A DNA stretch of 39,410 nt, taken from positions 1 through 39,410 of the IMG/VR virus record IMGVR_UViG_3300045988_098250. The stretch is one strand, 5' to 3'. The notes under the pieces are model-generated. The model saw only the letters and a list, made by a program, of their open reading frames with translations, searched no databases and was not told the DNA's origin. Position 1 is the stretch's first letter, and every line of letters starts with the position of its first letter. The DNA comes from a virus. A program made the translations under genes and the position numbers. This document shows, piece after piece, positions 1 through 7,219 of this stretch.

Positions 1-119
1 CATTTTCAATCTCTTCTTCGGTAGCATTATCATCTACTTCAATATCTTCATAAGTATCTTCTGTGGGTTGATAATAATCTGGCGAATCCCACGAAACTCT
101 AATTTTCATAGTCTCCTCC
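1..119. repeat. Terminal redundancy copy 1, identical to 39292..39410; marks circular closure of a 39,291-bp genome
   Basis: Direct reading: the first 119 bases recur base-for-base as the last 119 bases. The repeat cuts through a minus-strand ORF whose remainder lies at 39224..39291. Confidence 0.95.
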
Positions 120-354
120 CGCACATTGGGCAATAGTTGATCTTAATTTGGTCTGCAAGTGCTCCACTTTCATCGTCAACATCTATACAGAGTTCTTTAC
201 TCAATACATATATTGCTGCGTTAAATAAACTATCTTGTGATTCGTAGTTATATAGATACTTCTGGGGCACTTTTTCCTCTCGCTCTCCTGCCGATCCTGT
301 ATAGCAAATATCTGTGTGGCAATACGGACAGTTCTCTTTGGCTACTGTCATCAT
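106..354 (-). CDS. Small zinc-ribbon-like protein, unknown function (early region)
   Basis: 82-aa ORF with two CxxC pairs (CPYC ... CPMC). Its stop overlaps the next start (ATGA). No family recognised. Confidence 0.6.
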   Translation of the reverse strand: MMTVAKENCPYCHTDICYTGSAGEREEKVPQKYLYNYESQDSLFNAAIYVLSKELCIDVDDESGALADQIKINYCPMCGRRL

Positions 355-665
355 TCAATCACCAGCTTTGCGTTTACTTTGTGATAATTTGGGTATTCTT
401 TTTGCAAGTTAGAAATAGTATGCTGCTTAGCCATATCAATTGTGAGTGCGTAATCTTGAAGCTCTCTAGCTTGCACACCACCGTTGTTTTGAACCTCCGT
501 ACTTATAAGTACACTGGTAAAATCTGAATTTTCTTCAAAACCATTGCTGTTCTGTTCCCACCAAGCGGAAAATCTTCGCTTGATACCTAATCCCTTATAT
601 AAATCTCTAGCACTAACTAGTTGCTGGTCATTCTTGACCGTTACTTTGATTAATTCGTTATTCAT
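351..665 (-). CDS. AntA-type antirepressor N-terminal domain protein (short paralog)
   Basis: The ORF track gives 351..716. I place the start at ATG 665, with GAGGA 8 nt upstream and an 8-nt overlap with the upstream gene. MNNELIKVTVKNDQQLVSARDLYKGLGIKRRFSAWWEQN parallels the N-terminus of the 262-aa antirepressor at 3990..4778. Confidence 0.6.
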   Translation of the reverse strand: MNNELIKVTVKNDQQLVSARDLYKGLGIKRRFSAWWEQNSNGFEENSDFTSVLISTEVQNNGGVQARELQDYALTIDMAKQHTISNLQKEYPNYHKVNAKLVIE

Positions 666-963
666 CTTCATCGTCCTCATCTTCGCATAGCATATCCGTA
701 ATACGCTCGTAAGCATCTTCTTTGGCTGGGTTCAAGTCGTTAACAGCTAATGTCTTGCTATCGTCGTTTAATCCCATTAGGTACTCAATTGGAACTTCTA
801 AAAAGTTAGCCAACTTTTGCCAAATTGCTAAAGAGTTAGGTATTCCATTTTCCAATCCTTTTTCGAAATTTTCTAAAATTCTAAAATCAATGTTGGTTTT
901 AGCTTGCATATCAGCAAGAGTTAGTCCTTTTTCTATCCGCAACTCTTTCAATCTATTTTTCAT
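658..963 (-). CDS. XRE-family helix-turn-helix protein with acidic C-terminal tail
   Basis: MKNRLKELRIEKGLTLADMQAKTNI is a classic XRE/Cro-CI HTH. The C-terminus is CEDEDDEDE. Confidence 0.75.
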   Translation of the reverse strand: MKNRLKELRIEKGLTLADMQAKTNIDFRILENFEKGLENGIPNSLAIWQKLANFLEVPIEYLMGLNDDSKTLAVNDLNPAKEDAYERITDMLCEDEDDEDE

Positions 964-1654
964 TTGCTACTTCCTCCGGTAAATTCTTAATGCACGTCAA
1001 TAAGTACCCCTGTGGATACTGTTCACCGTAAACAACGGTCTTTTCGGCTGCTTCTTTCAGTCCTCTTGTATCCTTACCATGCACTGCTTTGACCATCTTT
1101 TTAATTTCTGTAGCAGAAAACGTAATCGGCGGTCTTCTCCACTCCTCAGCACAATGGTTAAGATACGTAATTAGGATTTCAATTGCATTTGCATCTCTCT
1201 CCCTCTCTTCTTTAGAGAGAGATTTATTAATTGATCTATTATGATGTTCTTTTAACTTGTTCTCTTTAGGTGAACGCTGTTTCACTACCCCCGTGAATTC
1301 CTGTTCACTACCCTGGTGAAATGGAGAACACCACCCTAGTGAAGCAGATTTCACTAGGGTGTCGCCCGCTGAGATTATTCTGCCTTTAATTGCTCCATTT
1401 TGTGAGTCTTTAACTATTTTTCTATTTATATATCCTTCTTTTTCGAGAAGATTTATGTAATTAATAACAGTTTTCCTATCACAGTGTAATCGTTTGGCCA
1501 GCGTGCTGTTACTCATGAAAAATTCACCCGTAACATTTAACATCGATACGATTTCACCTAAGAGAATGATAGATTTAGGATATTTTAGTAATTTTTCATC
1601 TCTAGCAGCTGCAACTGGTATGTTTAAGAATGCTCTTGATCCTGTAAATTCCAT
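953..1654 (-). CDS. Putative replication initiator / replisome organiser (winged-helix HTH N-terminal domain)
   Basis: 233-aa ORF directly downstream of erf. HTH-like segment STLAKRLHCDRKTVINYINLLEKEGYI. Iteron cluster inside the gene (1278..1361). SD AGGTGA precedes the ATG. Confidence 0.55.
   Translation of the reverse strand: MEFTGSRAFLNIPVAAARDEKLLKYPKSIILLGEIVSMLNVTGEFFMSNSTLAKRLHCDRKTVINYINLLEKEGYINRKIVKDSQNGAIKGRIISAGDTLVKSASLGWCSPFHQGSEQEFTGVVKQRSPKENKLKEHHNRSINKSLSKEERERDANAIEILITYLNHCAEEWRRPPITFSATEIKKMVKAVHGKDTRGLKEAAEKTVVYGEQYPQGYLLTCIKNLPEEVANEK
1278..1361. repeat. Iteron cluster, putative origin of replication embedded in the replication gene
   Basis: Direct repeats ctgtttcactacccccgtgaa (1278..1297) and ctgttcactaccctggtgaa (1301..1320). 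Then a perfect 12-bp inverted repeat caccctagtgaa-gcagat-ttcactagggtg (1332..1361). All share the TTCACTA core. Confidence 0.45.
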
Positions 1655-1664
1655 TGCTCATCAC

Positions 1665-2468
1665 CTAAAATAAACTATCTACATCGGGATCGCTCTCACT
1701 TGCTACTTTCTTTTCAGCAAACGGATCCTTTTTGTTTTCTTCGGGTCGAGACTGCTGTATCTTATCAAGAGCATCTTTCTTTGCTTTATCAGATTCTTTT
1801 GTTCCGGGGTGTTTCTTTTTAAAAATCTGCGCAATTTGATGGATAGCTTGCGCATCTTCTGGTGTATGTGACTCTTTAAACCAATCCTGTGCGTCTTTGA
1901 TACCATCTCTTGCTTCTTGATATAAGTCATACAAGTTAGCTTGAACGCCATTGTAATACACCTGATAATTTTCAAGTTCCTGCTTGGTTAAGATTTTAGG
2001 TTCATAGATAGTCTTTTGATCTTGTACGTCATTATCATCGTCTGCAGCAATCCCAAAGGCTCCACTAAGTGAATATCTTTTTGCATAACTGATAAGACTG
2101 GCGGTTGCTTGTGCATCATATGCTTTACCGTTTTGAAAAACGATTTTATTTGTTTTGACAGTAAAGCCTGAAGCATCAACTAAAAGTGTTTGGACGGCTA
2201 CTGCAGTGTTAGTTGTTTGAATATCGAAGAAATAACTAAAAGTTACATTACCTTCTTTATCTGTAGCTTTTTTAATACCATCCATTACTGCTTTATCAAT
2301 GTCTGCTAGATCGGCATACTTATAGTCATAGCTATAAGGTTTTCCTTGTTTGTTTTTGCCTGAAACAGTAACATTATGTGTTCTTTTAGGCTGGCTAATA
2401 TTAGCCTTCACTTGTGCGTAATGCATTGCCCACTTAGCTCTATCTTCTTCTCTTCCATAAATTTCCAT
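1665..2468 (-). CDS. erf: ERF-family single-strand annealing recombinase
   Basis: 267 aa. YADLADIDKAV and SYAKRYSLSGAFGIAADDDND are typical ERF motifs. The C-terminal tail is acidic and Lys-rich. Confidence 0.85.
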   Translation of the reverse strand: MEIYGREEDRAKWAMHYAQVKANISQPKRTHNVTVSGKNKQGKPYSYDYKYADLADIDKAVMDGIKKATDKEGNVTFSYFFDIQTTNTAVAVQTLLVDASGFTVKTNKIVFQNGKAYDAQATASLISYAKRYSLSGAFGIAADDDNDVQDQKTIYEPKILTKQELENYQVYYNGVQANLYDLYQEARDGIKDAQDWFKESHTPEDAQAIHQIAQIFKKKHPGTKESDKAKKDALDKIQQSRPEENKKDPFAEKKVASESDPDVDSLF

Positions 2469-2470
2469 GC

Positions 2471-3361
2471 TTAGTTCACCCTTTCATAGCTAATACCCCA
2501 ATCGCGGATGAAGTTAGATAGGGCCGTTAATTGTTCTGTGGTGCCAGTAAGTTTAAGTGTGACGCTATGTACCTTATCAACTACTTCACCTGTTTTGGCA
2601 TCAACATACTTATCGCCATGTTGTTCAAGCGATTCTATAGCTTTCTTACGGTTCTCTTCTTGTTGCTTTGACTGCTCAATCAAATATTTGTGGTCATTAT
2701 CCATTTGAGTAAGAACATCAGGCAGTGACTTATAATCAAGCATCTGCAAGTAAGGACTAGCTGTCATAGCTGGTTTAGTGTACTCGTTAGCCTTATTAGC
2801 AATAACTTGTTCAGCTTCTTTTCTAGCTTTCTCCTGCTCAACAATTGCTTCAAATTGCTGTCTAGCTTCTTCTTCAATGGTCTTCCAGCTAGTTGACTTG
2901 TTGTCCCACTTAGGGTTGTACTCTAATTTTTGAAGAGCTACACCGTATTCAGTAGCAATCTCACCAAGTCTAATCAAGTTCTGCTGGTGCTTATCTTTCC
3001 TAGCCTTTTCATCAAAAACTTTAATGCCCTCATTGATATGGTCAACTGCCTCTTTAATTTCAAGGTCTAAGCCTTTAATTAATGCCGTAAACTCATCTAT
3101 AGGTTGACTAGCCTGTTTAGTAATCTCTTTGCGTCTATCATTTAACGCCTTACGAATACGATTCAGCTCAGCTTTAGTCTTCTTGTCATAAGGGTAGGAC
3201 TTAGAAGTTACTACATAGGTATCCCAGCCCTGGGCTATCTCATCTACTTTTGCTTTTAAATCTTGATAGCCAGGAAAGTCTACTTTTGCTGGCTCAAAAT
3301 TAATTGGAAAGTTCTCATTTTCAAATGTAATTAATGCTTGTGTTTTGTTAATCTTATTCAT
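2471..3361 (-). CDS. DUF1351-like protein (recombination-module partner of ERF)
   Basis: 296 aa. The N-terminal pattern INFEPAKVDFPGYQDLKAKVDEI...KKTKAELNRIRKALNDRRKEITK matches my recollection of DUF1351 proteins encoded upstream of erf/ssb in Firmicutes phages. Confidence 0.6.
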   Translation of the reverse strand: MNKINKTQALITFENENFPINFEPAKVDFPGYQDLKAKVDEIAQGWDTYVVTSKSYPYDKKTKAELNRIRKALNDRRKEITKQASQPIDEFTALIKGLDLEIKEAVDHINEGIKVFDEKARKDKHQQNLIRLGEIATEYGVALQKLEYNPKWDNKSTSWKTIEEEARQQFEAIVEQEKARKEAEQVIANKANEYTKPAMTASPYLQMLDYKSLPDVLTQMDNDHKYLIEQSKQQEENRKKAIESLEQHGDKYVDAKTGEVVDKVHSVTLKLTGTTEQLTALSNFIRDWGISYERVN

Positions 3362-3391
3362 GTTATAATTCCTTTGGTTCTATATATTTTT

Positions 3392-3544
3392 CTAGTCGTT
3401 AGCTGTTGGCGCAGTTAGCGGCTTTTTTGTTGACATTAAATCCGTTCTAAATTGACGTTGATACTCATCTTCAATGAATTGCTGCTTAGTTTCTTTTGTG
3501 AAAAAAGCATTGCTGCTACTGATTAATCGTGTTTCTAAACTCAT
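3392..3544 (-). CDS. Hypothetical 50-aa protein (below the ORF-track size cut-off)
   Basis: My own translation: MSLETRLISSSNAFFTKETKQQFIEDEYQRQFRTDLMSTKKPLTAPTAND. Strong SD AAGGAGGG 7-9 nt upstream of the ATG. Confidence 0.45.
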   Translation of the reverse strand: MSLETRLISSSNAFFTKETKQQFIEDEYQRQFRTDLMSTKKPLTAPTAND

Positions 3545-3558
3545 TTCATTCACCCTCC

Positions 3559-3705
3559 TTAAATATTCGGAAAAATCGCGGTAAACATTGTGAATATGAA
3601 CGTGATAAATACCCCAATAAATCCGCCTAGTGCTAAAAAATCTGTTTCTCTACAATTCAAATCAATGTGAAACCAATTATTTACTATTTTGTTAAACCAT
3701 CTCAT
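3559..3705 (-). CDS. Possible 48-aa single-pass membrane peptide
   Basis: My own translation: MRWFNKIVNNWFHIDLNCRETDFLALGGFIGVFITFIFTMFTAIFPNI. It overlaps the 3' end of the upstream gene by 14 nt. The SD is weak. Confidence 0.3.
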   Translation of the reverse strand: MRWFNKIVNNWFHIDLNCRETDFLALGGFIGVFITFIFTMFTAIFPNI

Positions 3706-3976
3706 CGTTGCTCATCATCCTATCTAAATCTGCTCTTGCATATCTAACTACTCCGCAAACAATGCGGGGTGTAATTATTCCATCTTTTCGCCATTTATCA
3801 AAAGTACTTCGGCTAACTCCGCAATAGTTAGCAGCATCCCCTACATTGAAATACCCTTGTGATGCGTATTTTTTAATCAAAGATTTAGCATCTTTTTTCG
3901 TTAGCAAATTGTTACTCACGTCCGGTATTTCTTCTCTAATAATTGAGCGAAGAGCGTTTGAATTTATTAAATCCAT
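3692..3976 (-). CDS. MerR/excisionase-type helix-turn-helix DNA-binding protein
   Basis: FNVGDAANYCGVSRSTFDKWRKDGIITP is HTH_17/Xis-like. I prefer the start at ATG 3976 (AAGGAG 7 nt upstream) over track position 4000. Confidence 0.6.
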   Translation of the reverse strand: MDLINSNALRSIIREEIPDVSNNLLTKKDAKSLIKKYASQGYFNVGDAANYCGVSRSTFDKWRKDGIITPRIVCGVVRYARADLDRMMSNDEMV

Positions 3977-3989
3977 CTCAAACTCCTTA

Positions 3990-4778
3990 CTAAACATCAA
4001 ACGTGGTTACCATAACGTCTTGATAAATATCATCAAACTTCCCACGTAGAGCCTTATTGATGATGTGTTTCTGTCCTTTCGGTGTCACAAACACTTGTGA
4101 ATATGGACGATTATCTCTTGTAAGTCTGTGGGTTATTCGGAAATATCCTCTTTTGACCTTGTCGGTCATAGGTAAGTTCCAGGTACTTCTTTGGTGTGAT
4201 AAATATTTAGCATGTCTTAACAATTGAAATAGTTGATTACGGCCGATTACAAAGCCATTTTGTGTTAAGATGTCAGCTAATTCAGCAATAGTAATTGCAT
4301 GGTGGCTGTATCTAATAGCTTTTGCAAAAACTACATCGTCAGCATCTTTGGCAATTTTTTCTGCCTGCTTTGCATTGACGTCTTCAAGTTCCTTATTCTT
4401 ATTTTCAAGTAGCTTTACACGACTGCTTGCGATGTTTAATGCACGCTGCATAATCATATCTGGATTGTTCCAGTTCTTTTCAACTTGAATAAAGTACTTG
4501 CGAACTTCTTTACCTCTTGATGTTTTTGACATCATGCAAATTTGTTTCGCTGTTTCAATTGTTAAAAGAACATCATCGTATTTTCGTACTGTTCCATTGC
4601 CACTTTTAACGAGGTAACTTTCAGGTGACCTCGTAAAATCTACACCCACTATAAAACCTGCTACATTTTGAGAAATCCATTCAGAATACTTCTTTTTAGC
4701 TCCTAAAGTTTTATGCAAATCTCTAGCTGAAACAAGTTGCTGATCGTTTTGGACTTTTATATTAATTATTTCGTTCAT
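3990..4778 (-). CDS. Phage antirepressor (AntA-type N-terminal domain plus ANT-type C-terminal domain)
   Basis: 262 aa. DQQLVSARDLHKTLGAKKKYSEWISQN at the N-terminus and AKAIRYSHHAITIAELADILTQNGFVIGRNQLFQLLR at the C-terminus. Located directly after cro. Confidence 0.8.
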   Translation of the reverse strand: MNEIINIKVQNDQQLVSARDLHKTLGAKKKYSEWISQNVAGFIVGVDFTRSPESYLVKSGNGTVRKYDDVLLTIETAKQICMMSKTSRGKEVRKYFIQVEKNWNNPDMIMQRALNIASSRVKLLENKNKELEDVNAKQAEKIAKDADDVVFAKAIRYSHHAITIAELADILTQNGFVIGRNQLFQLLRHAKYLSHQRSTWNLPMTDKVKRGYFRITHRLTRDNRPYSQVFVTPKGQKHIINKALRGKFDDIYQDVMVTTFDV

Positions 4779-4790
4779 TTGTTCATCTCC

Positions 4791-5018
4791 TTAATGTTCA
4801 CTATTGTGAACGTCTTTTGCAAAAAAAAGCGAAATTTGTTTCTTTTCGAAACCTAGTACACTTAAGATCTTGACAAATTCTTCCATACCAATGTCACGTT
4901 CTCCATTCTCCTTTCTCCAATAGGCATTCGTACTAATGCCTATTTTACGTGCCATTTGAGCTTGTGTAATTCCTCGTGCTACACGCTCACCTTTTAAACG
5001 TTGCAAATCAAACTTCAT
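4791..5018 (-). CDS. Cro-like XRE-family repressor
   Basis: 75-aa HTH (GITQAQMARKIGISTNAYWRKENG), divergent from the CI-like gene across a 149-bp switch region. SD is GAGGTGG. Confidence 0.8.
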   Translation of the reverse strand: MKFDLQRLKGERVARGITQAQMARKIGISTNAYWRKENGERDIGMEEFVKILSVLGFEKKQISLFFAKDVHNSEH

Positions 5019-5167
5019 TATTCCACCTCAATTCGTTCACTTTGAAGAACAACTATATAATATTCTTATCGTATTCTTTTGTCAACAAAAAACATAAAAA
5101 AAGATAAAAAATGTATTTTTTTGTCAACAAGTGGAGTATTATTAGTATTAAGAGATGAGGTGAAATA
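5019..5167. promoter_or_regulatory. Lysis/lysogeny genetic switch: divergent promoters and repeated operator-like sites
   Basis: An 18-bp direct repeat gtatt(c/t)ttttgtcaacaa lies at 5071..5088 and 5113..5130. Minus-strand promoter candidate: -35 TTGACA (complement of 5080..5085), 17-bp spacer, -10 TATTAT (complement of 5057..5062). Plus-strand candidate: TTGTCA 5121..5126, 16-bp spacer, TAGTAT 5143..5148. Confidence 0.55.
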
Positions 5168-5776
5168 ATGCGCAGTAGTGAAGAAATAATTGATTATTTA
5201 AATCAACTAAGAGAAGAGCAAGACGTATCAATTAGTGAATTAGCTAGACGCGTTGGAATGGCCAAATCAGGTGTGTCCAGATACTTCAACCACACAAGAG
5301 AATTTCCTATAAATAGAGCACCAGCTTTTGCAAAAGCACTACATATTAAAACCGAAGATTTATTAGGGCTTGAACCTATTAATCAAAATAAGCCAAGAAT
5401 GGTTCCTTTATTAGGAACTATAGCGATGGGAGCGCCAATTACTGCAGAACAAAATATAGAAAAATATATACCAGAATATATGATGGATAGATATGCAGAT
5501 GACACTCTTTTTGCTCTTAGATGTCAAGGCGATAGCATGTACCCTCTTATACCTAATGGAGCAATTGCCATAATTAGACAACAAGCCGATGTAGAAGATG
5601 GAGAGGTAGCTGCAGTCTTGATTAATGGCGAGGCAACCCTTAAAAAGGTTCTTCATGTTGGTAAAACAGTAGTGCTAAGGCCAGCTAATCCTGATTATAA
5701 AGACATAATATTAGACAAAGATCATCCTGGGACTATTCTAGGCAAGATGATTAAATATGAAATGAATTTTGATTAG
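5168..5776 (+). CDS. CI-like repressor (XRE HTH plus LexA/S24 autopeptidase domain)
   Basis: N-terminal HTH (ISISELARRVGMAKSGVSRYFN). C-terminal S24 signature with GDSM (Ser nucleophile) and ATLKKV (Lys). Confidence 0.9.
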   Translation: MRSSEEIIDYLNQLREEQDVSISELARRVGMAKSGVSRYFNHTREFPINRAPAFAKALHIKTEDLLGLEPINQNKPRMVPLLGTIAMGAPITAEQNIEKYIPEYMMDRYADDTLFALRCQGDSMYPLIPNGAIAIIRQQADVEDGEVAAVLINGEATLKKVLHVGKTVVLRPANPDYKDIILDKDHPGTILGKMIKYEMNFD

Positions 5777-5786
5777 AGGATAAGTA

Positions 5787-6380
5787 ATGAATCAACGTAT
5801 TAATCCAGCAACTGGCTATCCTATGTCTACTGATAAACAAATTAAAGTAAAAAAAGAAGCAGTGTCTATGGTTAAGGCCTTTCATGAGGAAAATCCGCAT
5901 GAAGCCGGAATTAAATTTCTAAAAGAATTAGGCTTACCTGATCCTAGAGACGAAAGAACTATCCTTTCTGATAAAATTTATCAGCATATTACTGGCGTAC
6001 TTGGTGCAGAAGCAGAACTTCATTACAAAATGGGATTATGGGATGAAGCTGAAAATGAATATCTTCAAATTTTCTATTTAAGTATTTATCATACAGATGC
6101 CTTAAGAATACTATATTCTAAAGAACATCGTTATAGGGATGCAGTGTATATTCTTGAGTTTACTATGCAAACTATTTTAGATTTTCCTCAATTATTTTAT
6201 AAAGAAGATTATGCCAAGCTTTCTTTAACTCAAGAAAAAACACAGAAACTAGCTGAAAAAAAACAAGCACTAGATAAATCATGCTTATCAAGTGATAAAA
6301 AAGCTTTATTATCTCAAATAGCTAGTAACAATTTTCTAAGAATCAAAAATTGGACAAATGAAATTGAAAAGGAAAAATAA
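5787..6380 (+). CDS. Hypothetical lysogeny-module protein (moron position between repressor and integrase)
   Basis: 197-aa ORF co-oriented with and 10 nt after the repressor gene. No motif recognised. Confidence 0.6.
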   Translation: MNQRINPATGYPMSTDKQIKVKKEAVSMVKAFHEENPHEAGIKFLKELGLPDPRDERTILSDKIYQHITGVLGAEAELHYKMGLWDEAENEYLQIFYLSIYHTDALRILYSKEHRYRDAVYILEFTMQTILDFPQLFYKEDYAKLSLTQEKTQKLAEKKQALDKSCLSSDKKALLSQIASNNFLRIKNWTNEIEKEK

Positions 6381-6404
6381 TGTATATTTTGGGAGGAAGT
6401 AAAA

Positions 6405-7055
6405 ATGGGACTAAGAGACGCATTTAAAAAGTTTAATGACAGTGCTGAAAAAATGAGAGATCAAGTATCAGATATGACTAACTCTTGTGTATCTGATCCA
6501 AGTGGCAACTTTATGTACAGTGATGAAAATAAAATTTTATCCTTTAAAAAAGAGCCTAGAATACCACAAGATTTCATTCCCTATTCAGACGTAGTTGGTG
6601 CAGAATTACAAGAAAATGGTAAAACTACACATGGTTTAAATATTGCTCGTGGAATTGGTTTAGGTTTAGCAACCGGTGGCTATGGTGCTATTGCTGGTCT
6701 TGTTACTGGCGGTAAGAAAAAGCAAAAAGTTGAGCTTACTATTATTATCAAATTTAAGAATAAAAAAGATGAAAAAATAGAGTATTACAAAGGCAAAATT
6801 AAAGGAACAGATGCAGTTTATAGAGAAAGCATTGTCCCAAAAGCTGTTGCTTTAGTGGACTTAATTAATAGTTTTCCACAAAAAGCTCTTAATAATTCCA
6901 ATAACCCATCCTCTAACGCTACACAAACCGCCACCCAATCATTCCCGGATACTGATCCATTAGACGAGATCAAAAAGCTCAAGGGTTTGCTAGACATTGG
7001 AGCAATTACACCAGAAGAGTTTGATGCCAAAAAGAAGCAGCTGCTAAATCTATAA
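6405..7055 (+). CDS. Membrane-associated protein with Gly-zipper segment and C-terminal SHOCT domain
   Basis: GIGLGLATGGYGAIAGLVTGG is a hydrophobic, Gly-rich segment. The C-terminal LDEIKKLKGLLDIGAITPEEFDAKKKQLL matches the SHOCT motif. SD GGGAGG lies upstream. Confidence 0.65.
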   Translation: MGLRDAFKKFNDSAEKMRDQVSDMTNSCVSDPSGNFMYSDENKILSFKKEPRIPQDFIPYSDVVGAELQENGKTTHGLNIARGIGLGLATGGYGAIAGLVTGGKKKQKVELTIIIKFKNKKDEKIEYYKGKIKGTDAVYRESIVPKAVALVDLINSFPQKALNNSNNPSSNATQTATQSFPDTDPLDEIKKLKGLLDIGAITPEEFDAKKKQLLNL

Positions 7056-7091
7056 AAAAAAGACCTACTAATGCGCCAACATCAGTAGGTC
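7054..7091 (-). terminator. Intrinsic terminator functional in minus orientation (hairpin plus U8)
   Basis: gacctact (7062..7069) pairs with agtaggtc (7084..7091), 14-nt loop. A8 on the plus strand (7054..7061) gives a U-tract only for minus-strand transcripts. Confidence 0.5.
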
Positions 7092-7219
7092 AAACAAACG
7101 AGCTACGCCAATAGCTCATCCGTAAACTTGAATAATATTAACAAAACCATCATTAAACAGTTCTGCTATCTTCTATTTTAACAGACTTTTAATGATGCCA
7201 AAATAGGAGGTTTTTTATT

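Noticed and set aside
1-119. The terminal repeat as cohesive ends or a biological direct terminal repeat.
   Set aside because: It bisects a coding sequence, and the terminase and portal types suggest headful packaging. An assembly closure overlap is more parsimonious, but this cannot be proven from sequence alone.
1703-2179. Nested minus-strand ORFs (90 aa and 63 aa) within erf.
   Set aside because: They are alternative frames of a well-supported ERF gene, with Lys/Arg-rich low-complexity products and no independent SD.
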